The notes beneath the pieces are model-generated. The model saw only the letters and a list, made by a program, of their open reading frames with translations, was not told where the DNA came from and ran no database searches. A DNA stretch of 64,000 bases from the human T2T-CHM13v2.0 reference genome, Homo sapiens, in NCBI RefSeq assembly GCF_009914755.1, contig NC_060926.1; one strand, written 5' to 3'. Below are positions 9,558 through 26,142 of this stretch, piece after piece. How positions within the stretch are numbered: position 1 is the stretch's first letter; each line of letters opens with the position of its first letter. The translations under genes and the position numbers were made by a program.

Positions 9558-12385
9558 GTGAGCCTGCGCGGCGCTGGCTTTTGCTCCTCTGGTGCCAATG
9601 CAGCTCGTTGACAGCTCCAAGATATTTGGATATCTCACTCTTCCGGCTATTTCAGCTGCCAAACTAGAATCCCAACCTTCTGAGAGTCTGTTCTCTTTTG
9701 GATTTGTTCATAGATGTCTATTCTCTCCTGATCTGGTTCATGAACACTCTGGAAGCCAAGTTCATTGAAGACACTCTGGATGTGTAATTTGGAAGAGGAG
9801 ACTGGAGCATGGAGGCTTTGTTCCTAGTATTAGAGAAACACATAGAAAGGACACAGTGTCTAGCGCTGGTTAAGGAAACTTAAAGGAAAAAGATTGGGGC
9901 TCAGAATTAGGAAGTAATTTCTCACAAGCATAGCCATTCTGCTTTGGAAGAAGCTGGCTTCTCCTATCACTGGAGGCACCCAGACTCGGGCTGGCGAGGG
10001 ATTGTTAGGACGGGGGCTGTGTGTGTTGTTGCTGGTAGAATTGATGGACTTCAAGTCCCATCCTAGTTTTCAAGGTCTAGAGTCCTTTCAGGATCTAGGA
10101 TTTGATTTTTGTACCTGGTCTTCTCTCAGGGGGTAGTTTTCTCCCAGGCTTAAAGGAAGATATTTGTCTGGAGTTTCTTTGGACTGTCCTCCTGCCTGCC
10201 TGCCTCCCTCCCGCCCCCACCTTGGGATCCTGGTATATTCTGCCGGCTCACCTGAGACGTAGTAAGAGTTCTGCCTGTCAGCTGCAAGGTGCTGGGTGGA
10301 AGGTCCCTGCTTCCCACTCCCGCTCTCCTGCCTGCCAGCCCCACAGTAGTGCTGCCTGGGCTTGTGTTTCGCCATGTAGCCCCTCTCGATACCGATGCCA
10401 TTTGTCTTCTGGGCATCCAGATGGTGAGTGGTGGCTGGGCATGATCTTAATCGGATTCTCCCTGTGCACAGCCAGCCTTGACTCGAAAACTGATTTCAGG
10501 TGTGTGGATAATACAATGATGGCGGCAAGAAAGAAAGAATGCTTTTCTGTTGGTTGTTGGAACACATTTAAATTGCCACATGGAGAAAGCACAGTGTCTT
10601 GATTTGGTGGAGTGGATTTAGTCTTGACAACAATACTTCGGTTAGTAAGGTGATTCTGCCTAGTTATCTACATCCCTGAGCTCTGTCTACCTTGTGCCAG
10701 TAAACAGATATGTCACTGTGCAGCCCAGCACCATATCTTTGCTTTACTTTATTTAGCTGTAATACGGGTTTTGCAAAAGACCTAAAAATAGAAATATTGC
10801 ATATGTGGCTGTGTTTGCATTTATAGTTACTATGAGATATACATTTGCCCAGGTGGATTTCTTATATCCCGAAGCTCCAAGTATAAGCCAACCTTGTATT
10901 TTGCTTTCACTGTTTTCCCCTGTATTTTCTCATGATCTTCAATTTAACTACTTCCTTTAAAATTATTGACCACTGTTACCTTAAAATTATAAATGGGGAG
11001 AATAGAGTTCTCTTTTTTTCCTTTGGCTTAATCCCCTTCCCACTCCTCTTATTCGGAGGAGTAGCGATTACTTGGCAGCATATGGATTCGTCTCATTCCT
11101 GGTACAAGCCAAATATGTGTTTATTTTGGACAGCTAGTCTGAGTGCTGCGTCCCAACATCACCTTTCCTAATCCCTGCTGTGCCTTCTCCTGGAGGGCTG
11201 GCACCAGAGAGCATTGCCTGGAAAGCAGAGTAATCTGTGCTCTTGAGATTTTAGAGAATAAGGATGGATATTCCTTGTTGGGCGTGACTTTTAGTCTTCA
11301 GAGTAAGAAAGCACTGACACAGTATATTGATCAGGTTTGTTCAGTGGAGTGTAGTAAAGGTCATTTGGTGAATTCCGTATTTTCAAATATTTAGGTTTCT
11401 AATATGATGCGAATGGTGTTACGTGGATCTGTGTTGTACTGACGCTGACATTTTGACTGTCGTTTCTAAGTAACGTACTACTACTTTGGATAAAAAGCAC
11501 CGTGGCTTAACCATTGAAGATAATGTTACAAACTTAGATAGTGGTTGAGCTAGCAAGTAACTAGTGAGAGGAACTTTAGCTCTATATGCAGGAGATCAGA
11601 GCACAGGGAGCTGGCCCCCTGGCTGACCTTCCTTGTGGGCTACCCACGCCTTGCAACTGAAGAGCGGTAATTAAATATATATTCATAGAAGAGTGGTAAA
11701 ATCTGCTTTGTCCGTGGAAATGAGCTAAAATATTAAGAATTCAAGGATGTTGGGCCAGGATTTGGGCTTTAATTTGGCGCGGGAGAAGTGTTGGGCCTGA
11801 GCCCTTGTAGGGGTGGGACAGGGCAGGGGTTTGAGTGTGAATGCTGGTGTCCAGAGGGGTCAGGGGCCCTGCAGCCCCCTCTAGAAGCTGTGACTTGGGA
11901 AGCACCCTCGTGTCCATTTGGACCCGTCTCAGGTGACTTGATGTGTGTGATCCCCCCATCTCTGTTCTGTGGCTCTCTATGGGCCTGGGGAAGGGGTCCC
12001 AGGCATCCTCTTGAAGCCATGTGGGGAGGCACCGAGAGCAGGAGGCTGGCTTCTCCTGGTGTCTTGTCCTTGGCAGGGAGCAAGTGACATCCATTTTGAC
12101 TGGTGCTGACAGGGTGAATGTACTAGCATAGGTGTGTGCAGCTGGGGCTGTACCTGCCAGGAGCATCCTGGCGCGGGTCTCCTGCCTGAGCTTCTCCTTG
12201 TTGGGAATGCTGTCCTTAGGCAGATCCTCATTTTCAGGCCTCACCAGAATTGCCTGGCCTGGTGGGAAGAGAGTGGCTGCGGGCTCCCAGAGGTTCAGCT
12301 CAGAGTTCTACTCCACACTTCCTGGGCCAGCTTCCGCCTCTGAACACCTGAGCTGACACTGGGACTGTGAACCCAGATAAGATGA

Positions 12386-12779
<394 letters not shown>

Positions 12780-13315
12780 AATTTTAGCCCTTTTGACACA
12801 CTCTATGACCCTTCTTACGCGCCTCCCGAGGAGGAAGCATGCACTAGAGCGTGACTACAAACCTGGTGCCATGCTAGAGCGGGAGAGGAGTGACTGCAAA
12901 CCTAGGCCTCTGTCCTGTCACCTTTCCTCCAGCTGGTGAACCACCTTGTCTACTCCCTTGCCCCAACACAGCCGACAGGTGGACAGCCAGACACATGCAG
13001 AGCCATTGTTTTTTCAAAGACCTGTTAAAGTTTAAAGGCTTTGTTCACTCATTCTTGAGACTAACAGTTCAAGTTCACAAGAATAAATGTGGAATACAGT
13101 ATGCACCTAAAAATATAATACAGTTTTAATTTTCATCTGTACTGTTAGCATTAACCAGCACTTACTGAATAATGTCCTCTTAGGACTCTGTGTTAATTGA
13201 CTTTTTAAGGTTGATTGTTAATAGAGCAGTAGGTTGGGAATTACAGTATTGGTGAAATTTAACTGTTTTTCACGTGTGTATACCTAAGTCCTATAAAGGG
13301 TCTAATTTAGTTTGC

Positions 13316-13621
13316 TTTTTTTTTTTTTTTTTTTTTTTTGATACAGAGTCTCACTCCGTCACGCAGGCTGGAGTGCAGTGGCACAATCTCAGCTCACTGC
13401 ACCCTCTGCCTCCCAGGTTCAAGCAATTCTCTGCCTCAGCCTCCCAAGTAGCTGGGATTACAGGCATCCGCCACCACGCCCAGCTAATTTTTTTTGTATT
13501 TTTAGTAGAGACAGGGTTTCACCATGTTGGCCAGGCTGGTCTCGAACTCCTGACCTTGTGATCCACGCATCTTGGCCTCCCAAAGTGCTGGGATTACAGG
13601 CGTGAGCCACCGTGCTTGGCC
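13316..13621 (-). mobile_element. Alu (AluS)
   Basis: Poly-T plus full antisense Alu body. Confidence 0.95.
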
Positions 13622-13651
13622 TCGGTTTGCATATTTTATACTGTGTTATGA

Positions 13652-14200
<549 letters not shown>

Positions 14201-14261
14201 AGGACTGACAATGGCATTTAACCTGCTGGGCACTGGTGAGTGAACTCGATGTGTGGGTGTG

Positions 14262-14290
14262 TGCACACGTGTGTGTGTGTGTGTGTGTGT
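14262..14290 (+). repeat. (GT)n microsatellite, interrupted
   Basis: Read directly. Confidence 0.85.
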
Positions 14291-14495
14291 TTTCAGGCAG
14301 CACGAGCACGGAATTCATGTTCCGGTCTGTTGCCAGCTGCTGTAGTTCTTTTGTTGATGGACTCATCTCACCCCCTCCAACACAGGGAATGTTCTGGAAG
14401 GAAGTGTGGCTACCCTGCCATGGTTCTGTGTCTATGGGAAATCTTATTCTCCTGGAAAACGCAAAGTAAATTCTTCCCTTTAAGACAGAACTGAG

Positions 14496-14838
<343 letters not shown>

Positions 14839-15149
14839 TTAGATACCATTGTTTTATTAAAAATGTACTTGCCTCCCTCATATACACATATTGATATAAT
14901 GCCATCTACATTTGTATAATTTATAAATATTATACAATACTTAATACATATTATATTTAATATTAATAAATTATACAAATAAAACTTATAGATTATAAAA
15001 TAAGTTTAGTTATTTTAATATTTAAATGTGCTAAATGTAAGTTTGTAAAATTTAGGAATAACTTGTTAGAAAGGTGAAGAAGCTCTGGATTGAAAGGTAT
15101 GTGCTGAGGTCAGGAGTCCAGCTTGCTCTCCTTTGAGGAGATGGCCTTG

Positions 15150-15814
<665 letters not shown>

Positions 15815-17198
15815 ACAGCCTTTCTTAAGGCAATCACGAGACCCAGCCCATCGTGGCCTGGTGAAGGAGCAAGCCCTAGGCTTCATTCTCAGTTTGGAAA
15901 AAACCGTCATTGCCCAGAATGTCCCATTTACACATTAATTCCTAAATGGAATGATGGGAGCGCTGGGTGCTCAGAGGCTTCCTTTTGAGGATTTGCCAGC
16001 TGCTTCTGGACTGTAACTTTTGCAGCAACTTCTGCACTCATTCATCAGGTGCAGAGCAGTGTCTTAGAAATGAGTGAGTCTTAGTGATTTCTTGGAGTGT
16101 GGATCCATACACACTTACCTCTTTTCTGAACTATAGATGGGAAGCTGCTGCAAAAAAGCAAGGTGCAGCCCCTTTCTTGTATGAGGGAAGCTACTGTTTA
16201 CCATCCATGGCTGCTTGAGTTTTTAGAGCTGCGTCAGATGAATAACTTGTTGGTATCACTCGTCAATCTTAGAGGCACTTTCAGAGATTAGGAATTGTGA
16301 CCAACAGGAGAGACTATCTGGCATTAGGAACACCAGGGCCTATTTTGGATCATGCTGTACTGCTTACGGTCATGCCCTGTCCAATCTGGGATGACTGTGG
16401 CATACAAGTCACCATGGCCATTGTGAAGCCCTTGTTCTTGGAGACCCTGTGCTCCAGGTGTGGCTGGTTGGTTCCCTGTGGCAGGACCCCCAGAGGCCCC
16501 AGGGGTTGTGAGAGTCAGGGGTGTGCAGGTTCTGAGGGCTTTGCTGGGTGGGCCGAGGTTGAGTGGGCTGGTTGCAGAATCCTGGTGCCCAGAGGGTTCT
16601 TCTTTGCCTGTTGCTGGGGACTCACGCCTTGTGAGGGGACCTTTCTTTATTACCCTGATGAGGACAGAAGAGTTCCTGAGAGGAAGCCACAAGCCGCCTC
16701 CCTGACCTGGCAGCTGCCTGTGTGCCCTGGTGTGTGGGTTCCTCCCTTCCTGGGTTCATGCAGCAGACTCTTGGCAGTGCAGGCCTCCTTCCAGGGGCTC
16801 TCAGGGCTCAGTTCTCATCTCTCTGGGTCACACTGAGCCCTGCTGATCCCCCTCCTGTGTGGCTGCCTCTCTGATGCCTGAAACACCTTCAGCTGTTAGT
16901 CCCACGGCCTCTCATCACCTCGATATCCTTTTCTGCTTGCTTTCTGGTTTTCAGTGGCTGCCAGCAGAGGCTGTAATGCTCCCCTGGGACCTGACCAGTA
17001 GAGAACAAATGCTATGAAGACCAGAGGCCCCTCACTGCTCCACGCGTATACAGGGTGCGTCTGTCTGGACAGCCGAAGGCCCATGGGTGGTTTTGTTTTC
17101 AAAACACAATGAAAAATGACTAGTCATGCCATATTGTTAGCACCTTTCGATTTTTTTTACTGTAAAAATCAAAACAGAAATATTTGGCTCCAGAGCTC

Positions 17199-17608
17199 TG
17201 TGAACCCCGAAAATTTGAGACGGGTCTCAGTTAATCTTGAAAGTTTACTTTGCCAAGGTTGAGGATGTGCGCTCATTAACACAGCCTCAGGAGATCTAAC
17301 AACATGTGCCCGAGGTGGCCTGAGCACAGCTTGGTACGTTTTAGGGAGACATGAGACACCAATCAATACATGTAAAATAAACATTGGTTAGGTCCAGAAA
17401 GGCAGGACCACTCAAAGTGGGGAGGGGGCTTCTGACATTCTTTTGAGTTTCTGATGAGCCTTTCCAAAGGAGGCAATCAGATATGCACTTAGTGAGCAGG
17501 GCGATGACTTTGAATAGAGTGGGAGGCAGGTTTGTCCTGAGCATTTTCCAGCTTGAATTTTCCCTTTAGCTTAGTGATTTTGGGGGCCTAAGATTTTTGT
17601 TTTCCACA
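17199..17608 (-). mobile_element. Solo LTR, ERV1 MER4A-like
   Basis: TG...CA termini; reverse complement resembles MER4A (aaaatcactaagctaaagggaaaa...caaacctgcctccca); near-TSD gctc/ggtc. Confidence 0.75.
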
Positions 17609-18017
17609 GGTCTTTTTAGGAATTTTAAAGATGTATCTCATCCAGTAAAGCTGAAGTCCCCCCAAGTGGTAGCTGACCATAGACTAAGCCTCCTGCTGTA
17701 CGGGGCACCCGCTGGGAGGGAAGAGGTGCTGGCCAAGGTGAATAGATGGTCAGATGGGCGATAGGAATGAACACTTTGCCATGGTGGATGTGCTTTAGTG
17801 ATAGAATTTGTTCAGGAGATTATCTTTGTTCCTGGTTTGGGAAGGCAGAGCTTCTATATTGGAATTCTTTGTCTCCCAGAATAAAAACTCTAACATCACC
17901 TGTATTATATTGTGGGGATTAAAATCATGCACTTGTAGCCAAACCTAGGTATGAGTGTGAGCGTACACTGCTGACAGATTGAAATTTGACGTCCGAATTC
18001 TGGTTCCCAGGAAGGAG

Positions 18018-18060
<43 letters not shown>

Positions 18061-18118
18061 TGTGTGTATATATATACGTGGAGATATAGATATATATATA
18101 TATATATATATATAGATA

Positions 18119-18134
<16 letters not shown>
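18018..18134. repeat. Compound (TA)n(CA)n(TG)n(TA)n microsatellite at an Alu tail
   Basis: Read directly. Confidence 0.9.
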
Positions 18135-18149
<15 letters not shown>

Positions 18150-18430
18150 AGACAGAGTCTTGCTCTGAAGCCCAGGATGGAGCGCAGTGGCGTGATCATG
18201 GTTCACAACAGCCATGGGCTTAAGCAGTCTTCCCACCTTAGCCACCCAAGTAGCTGAGACTACAGACACATGCCATCATGCCCAGCTAATTAAAATAATT
18301 TTTTTTTTTTTTTGTAGAGATGAGGTCTTACTGTGCTGCCCAGGCTGGTCTCAGACCCTTGAGCTTAAGTGAACCTCCTGTCTCTGCCTCCCAAATGTTG
18401 GGATTATGGGCCTGAGCCACTGGGCTTGGC
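18135..18430 (-). mobile_element. Alu (AluJ-type)
   Basis: Diverged antisense Alu with gatcatggttcac and gagatgaggtct. Confidence 0.9.
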
Positions 18431-19353
18431 TTAGGAAGGCTTTTTGAATAATTATCTTCCTCACTCTTCTTTCCACCCACTCTCCATTCAACCCTGATGA
18501 ACCCTGCTGGACTTCATTACATTTCTGCTCACTTGACATGCAGATTGCAGATCAGGTGGGCGGGAGCTGATAACATTCTCACTTGGCCTCAGTTTCCTCG
18601 TATGTCCAATGAAGGGATGCACCCTAGCTCTAAAAGTAAACATTGTTCTCAACAGAAGAATCTGGGCATTTGCTATCAAACAGATTCCCATTCTTCAGGC
18701 AGTTAATTTTCCACACCACAGGAGATGTTTGTGACATTTCCCATTTCTTTGAAGTCTAAAGTAGATATTGATCCTTTGGAAGGAGATTAAGTTCTCCGGT
18801 TCCATCAGGTGTAATGATTTCAGTTTTAGTGTTCCTAGGTGGGGAGTGCTAACCCAAACCTTTCATATGTAGGAATGTCATCCCTCTGCAGACCTTTGAG
18901 TCCAGATTTCATTTGTAGTTGACCTTTGGGGGTGACAGTCCGATATGTGTAAATCGTAATAGCCCTTCATCGTAGATACCAGTTTAAAATTCATTTTAGG
19001 TGAGTTTCCAAACAGATATATTGGATGTATATCAGTTTAATTTGATAAACATGCAGATAAAAACTTATTACATGAGGACCAGTGTTTGAAAGATGGCTTA
19101 CATGACCTGATGAGTTTTCATTTTGTCCGTTTCCAAAATACACAGGAATGCAGGAATGCCACCTTCATTCAGATCAGACTTATCTTCTTCGCAGGATGTG
19201 GCCAGAGATTTATTTAAGACATTAGCTGTGATGAGGAAGGTCAGATAATTTAAGCAGGGGCAAAGTACACATTACTGAGGATTCAGCGCTCTTTGGTAGA
19301 AGGATGTGTTCCTGGATTTTTTTTTTCTTTTTTTTTTGGATTTTTCTTCTTAA

Positions 19354-19674
<321 letters not shown>

Positions 19675-22600
19675 TTGCCCTCGGATCTTGAACCTCCTGT
19701 CTACTCTTGCTGGGCTGTAGATGGACAGAGGTGTCAGTATTTTAGGAGTGTGATCTCTCCTTTTGCTCATTGGTGTTTGAGGTCTGTGGTGTCTGTTTGG
19801 GGAGCAGGTGTGTGCAGGAAGGAATCTGCACTCTCCACTTTTGCTTTCCCAACATTGTTTTTTTCATTCTCTCTGGAAGGTCATGACGGTCCCCTCCACT
19901 CACTCACCTCTCACATTTCCAGCCCCTCTACTTCAGACAGACTTCCGAAACTTTCTGCCTCTCTTGGGGTACTTTAGTATGCCCTGCAGATGTAAGCTGC
20001 TTTCAGAAAAAGCCAGATCCTGCCACATGAGACTGCAGGCCCTACTAGAATCTGTTCTATCCCACATCTCCAGTTATAGGTGGGTGGGAAGTGGGAATTG
20101 GAATTTTTTCCTTTTGTTCAGATTTTCGTCATGACCACGTGTGTACCCGTTAAGACTAGACAAGGGAGTCACCGCTGCTGAAAGAAAAGTCATTGTGTAT
20201 TCATTTTGCATTGGAGGAAATGAGCATTGGGGTGCTTTGGTGACAGCTTGGAGGAGCAGGGGAGTCAGTGGCATGACTAGGCCTGGGTCCCCTCATCCCG
20301 CCCCTCATTCACCCGCTAGTGCTGTTTGAGGGCCAGAACCAACTGTGCCTGTGTTTAGACTGGGTTTGTTGCTGTGTCACAGTAACGCAATTGCAGCAGC
20401 AGCAGCCGCACCCGTGTAACGTTCGCCAAGCTGGGTACTGTTGGAAGCACTTTGCTTGCATTTGTGCAGCGATTCCAGCAACAACCCTGTGCGGTAGATT
20501 ATTGTCCCATAAATCTATAAGATTGATTGATTGGTTATCTGTAGGAGACATCTACGTATACGTATTTATAGAGCAATGAAGAAATAAGCCCAAGGCTATC
20601 CCATGAGTTAGGGGCTTCAGGGCTTCTGCGCTTTGCTGGCCCTTGTGCTGCCTTCGGTAGATGGCCCCGGCCCTGCCTATGCCTTGGACACTCTTCATTC
20701 GCTAGCACCGAGATGGTTCAGGGCACTTTGGAGCTAGAGCAAGAGCAATGGAGAGAGTGAGGTTGCCGTGTCCACAAGTCACTGCACAGCTCACCACGCG
20801 GGCCTGGAGTGAGCCTGCTGCTGTTCATCGGCCCGTAGGGTCTCCAGCACAATACCGGGTTAGTGAGCAGAAAGTAGTGCACTGATTATGTTTCCATTAC
20901 ACCATAGAACATAACAATTTTGACTGCAGAGAGGCAGGCAGAATAGCTTGTCCAGGAAAATAATAGTGCGTTTGTAAGCCAGAGAAAGATGGTACTGTGT
21001 GGTGGGGAATTCTGAAAGTCTTAAGTCTGTTTCTCAACTCCCCTCTTGTTTTCATTGTTTCAGGCAAATAATTTCTGATGGACACCAAATTGGCAGGTCA
21101 CCATAGGGACCTCCCCTAACCTCAAATCTGTGTAATGAAGTATCTGCAACATTTCCACTCATTTGAGAGTTCCACTTTTCAGGACAGTCATAGAGCTGCA
21201 CTGTTGGTAAACTGTCCTGCATGTGTGTACGTGCACACTTGTGTGACGTGTCAGCTCGTGCCTGCAGAGACTCTGCCAGCAGGGCTGAGGCTGCTGCCAG
21301 GAGAGCATCTGGGGTGGTGTCCTACACCTCCTTTCCAGGAGTTTCTGTGTGCATGATGCACTTCAGAACCTATAGTGTCATTTGTGGTATTTTTTTTTTT
21401 AAATACTGCTTTTGTTTATTTTCCCTGGTCTAATTTTTTCAGATGGTAAATAGATCGCGTTGTTGCATGCGTTTGATGAAAGTGATATCACAGCAAATGC
21501 AAAGGTGACTGGGAGTTCTAAGCCCCTGGGTGTCTCTCCCTCGGGGTTTTCATGCAGTATTGACACTCTCTTCTCCCCAGGTGCTGAGTCCCCAGGTTCC
21601 CCTCTCCCCCTACCTGAGGTACTGAGGGATCTCACTTGCTACCTGCTTGGAGCCAGTCCAGTGGCTTCACTTTTACCACTCAGAGAACTTTAGTACACAG
21701 TCTTAAACAACCCTGGAATGTTGAGCTAAAAGGGACTCTGACCCTCCCTCCGCACCCCACCCTTTAAAGGTGAAAGCAGCAGGTGGGGTGGACTCCTGGG
21801 GCTGGGGAGGCCGTGCCCCTGGGGGCAGGTGCAGGAGGGAGCCTGGCTCTTCAGGTTAAATTGTGTTTCAAAGGCAGAGCTCACATTGGAGCACTTGATA
21901 TTATGCATTTGAAACATTGAGACACAGCTTCTAGTTTAAAATAAAGGTGATAGCCAAGGAGGAAAGCATGGTTTATTCCTAGCTTCCGGTAGAGGAGGCT
22001 GGCCAACTCAGACACCTAAGCAGCCACATCAGACCCAGAGTCCGAGGTAGAATGGATATTGCTAAAGCTGAGAGCTACAGCAGAGCGTCTGCTTGAGGAG
22101 CTCTGACGGGCTGGGCAGCCAGTGCTCCTGGCCCTGAATGTGTTTGAAGGAGCTCTTTGGAAAGAGGTGCAGGCTTCCGGCTATTGGTAGACACCTGTCT
22201 GCTTGGGGCAGGTATACTGACTTTTTGTTGCTTTTACGGTTATCTTCGGGTAAAGTCATTGTGTTTCTTCTTGATTTATTTATTTTTTTCTCCAGTCTAG
22301 TCATAGTATTGGTTTCGAGAAGTCAAAATCAATGTTTTATTTTCAGAGTTCTAAATCCAGCCATATAAATACTTCGGATCTGGCCTGAGGGTTTGGCAGG
22401 GATTCGTGGCTGCTATTTTAGATATGCCAGGAGCCTTCTTGGAAGTCGCTCACCACCTGGTTTTCTCCAATTAGGCTATGAGCCTGTATCTTAGAACACT
22501 CAGATTAGTGTGCCTAGAGTGCCAAGGTGGGGGTTGTAGACAAGATTCTACCCCCTCCTCCAGACTCTGCTCCCTAGGCCGAGGTGAGGCCAGCAAGGAG

Positions 22601-25045
22601 TCTGCCCCATGCGATTCTGAGGCCTTGGTCCCTTCTGAGAGACCCCAGCCCCGAGAGGCTCTGGGCTGCTGGATGCTGGTGCCTTTTCCCACCGTCAATC
22701 AAGCACATGCGCATAGGGCTCTGTGCCTGGCCCCAGGACTGTCATATCCAGGGAAAGGTCACTCTCTGGCAGTGGATGCTACCCTGTTGGTGGCAAGTTA
22801 GAAAGGCACACGTTGGTAATGGCCAATGGTTGCCAGTGCCTTACTTTTGGAGACAGGAATTGTTACACGTCTCCGTTGCGAGAAGCAAAAGTAGATTTAA
22901 CACATCTTTAAAATCCGCTGAAGACTGTAAAGATACTCATTTGAGATGTGCCAACATTTAGTCGGATTCTGTGACTGGTCGTGAGTCCCTCTTCCTCCAC
23001 ACAGCAACACTGGTTCTAAAACAGTCGGATAGCCGTGGTCATTTGTGGATGTGAGCACAGCCAGGTCCCATGTTGACAAGTGCTGGACAGTGGACACCAG
23101 CGGGAGACTCAGTACAAATCATGTTGCTTTGGGCTTATGCACATCTGCAGAAGGCTGCAAGCTGGGGAACTGAGGGGCCTCTTGGTCTGGGGACCACGCC
23201 TCCCTTCCCTTCCTTCCCTGTCCTGAGTGTGACCTCCGTCATGTTGACCCCTGCACTCCTGCCCGCCCCCCATTCACCCACTAGGAGAAAGTACTGGATA
23301 GGGATGAGCTTGGGGACAATGGCCAGTGACATCCAGGAGAGGGAACTTAGAGGCAAGGCAGGGATGCAAAATCGGAGTTCCTAGTAGAAACAGACATGCA
23401 GCATATTGTGAAATGTTTCAGAGAAATAACAGCATCACGATAGCACATTCTCTAGTTGCTGGTTATCTAGTTACTAGTGGTAAGACAGAGCCAGTTAACA
23501 AAGACTATAAAGTTTTCTCAAGAGGATGTAAACCAAGTAAACAAAATAAATTCAGACCCCAAGTGCGCATATTGAGTTTGAATATTCATCTAAGAAGCTT
23601 TTGTACATGCGTTATGTATCCATAAGCCAAAGCCGGGGGCTCCCTGGCAGATGCCCCTACCTGGCCAGGTCTCGTCGTGTCTAGGTGGTGACAGCCATGT
23701 AGATATGCCCGCTGCCTTGCACCTGTTCCTCTGGCCTCGCCTCTGTAACAGAACGTGGCCCCTGCCTTCCATCTTCCCCAGGGTGCCAGTGGGGACCTTG
23801 CCTTCTCCAGCACTGGGCCGTCCACTTTGCTCCTTTGTGCCTGCACTGCCAGGTGCACATCGAGCCTAATCTGGCTTAGGAAACAGGAGGGGCACCAGCT
23901 AGAAAATGTGACCCATGTTGCCAACTCCCAAAAGCCACCAGGTGACTTCCACTGCCGTTAGAATGAAACCCAAACTCTGCACTCCAGCCCCAGCATCAAA
24001 CCATACTTCGCCCTGCTGCCCCTATGCTCTCCCCCCTTGCCCTCCCCCCTTGCCTTCCTGGGCCATCCTTTTCTGACTCAGCCTCAGTGCCTAGCCAGTG
24101 GGTTCCCCTCGCTGACCCTCAGCCCTCAGGCCCAGCACCTCAGAGAAGCCGATGACTGACGTGCACCCCGCCAGCCTCCCTGCTTATCCTTCCCTGCCGC
24201 CTCGTGTGTCCTGCATGGCATTTGTTACAGCCCGCAGTCACAGGTCTTGCGGTGGACTTGCTGGTCGGCTGCTCTGCTGATTCTCGAAGGCGGAGTCAGG
24301 GTGTGCTTGGTGTGCGTATCTCCCTTGATGTGGCACTGCCTGGCTCCGGAGATAGCGAGGGAGGGAGGGAGGCAGTGAGCAGGACCTGTTGCTGTCGGTG
24401 GTGGCATCAGTGGAGTTGGCAGGTACTGTGCATGGGAGAGGGAGTGTGGCCTGCAGGCCAGTGGCTGAGGCCCAGTGTGGACTGTAGAGTGTCAGATTCC
24501 ACTTGCTGGCCTAGGGGCCTTCCTGATGTGGGCTGCGGCAGTCACCACTGGGGAAGGCCATGCAGAGGCTGACTCCTTGGGAAGGAGGCTCTGGAAGGAG
24601 AGCATGTGCAGAATGTTTCCTGCAGTGCCTCTTGAGCTCCCGCCTGAGGGTTTGCTCAGCCGGCAGGCCTAGAGGAGGGGGCTTTGGGGCTGCAGTGCAG
24701 TCTTTGCAAAGGGTTCAAGGGTCCTGAAGGTGGTGGCACTGTGGCCTTAGGAGCTGGGGTAGTACTCAAAGCTATCCCCAAGTAGGCACGGGGGCTGGGC
24801 CTTTATGCCTGTCACCAGTCTATGATTGGACGTGTTCTGCCCTCCAGGGGTCATATCCTTGGGCCACACCACTCACTTCTCTGCCCAAGTGCAGTCTCTG
24901 GCATGGGGACTCAGCCTAGAGTGATCAGCCACCTGCACTCCCAGCAGCCAGGTACTGAAGGCTTTACCCCTGAACAGAGGGACAGGCTGGTGCCCACCAC
25001 AGTCATGCGAAGGCATTGCGGAAAGCTCTCATTAAAAGAGCATTA

Positions 25046-25164
25046 AGCCAGGCCTGGTGGCTCACGGCTGTAGTCCTAGGTACTCGAAGCTGCGGCGGGA
25101 GGATCACGAGCTCAGGAGTTCGAGTGCAGCCTGGGCAACATAGTGAGGCCTCGTCTCCAAAAAA
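25046..25164 (+). mobile_element. FLAM / Alu monomer
   Basis: gccaggcctggtggctcac...aggagttcgag...gcctgggcaacatagtgagg followed by A-tract. Confidence 0.85.
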
Positions 25165-25531
25165 CCCCACAAAACATTAGAAGTAGTAGTACTTGCTATT
25201 CTCATAGGAGGATGTAGAAATTAGATAAGAGTTAACTGAGAATAGATTTGAATTAGCTTTTATTCCCACTGAAAAAATCAGAAATAAACTTGATTTCCTC
25301 TGGCATAAGTGTGGGTCCTGTGAGTTGATCCTCAGCCCTTACTTGGGGGTTAATGACGTTCCCATTTGAAAAACATGGCAGTTTCAATGTCTGTTAATGT
25401 TGCAAAGCATACCAGGAACATTTTATAAAAAGTAACAGAAACTACCATGTGATTCTGGAAGCTGCATAGTTAACTGTCCATTTATCTTGAAGTCTAGTGA
25501 TTCAAAGCATGAGGAATAAGATCGGGAAGCT

Positions 25532-26142
<611 letters not shown>

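Noticed and set aside
9110-9667. 185-aa ORF with poly-Lys
   Set aside because: Poly-Lys is only the A43 tract and the start is GTG; only 9455-9557 was kept as a candidate exon
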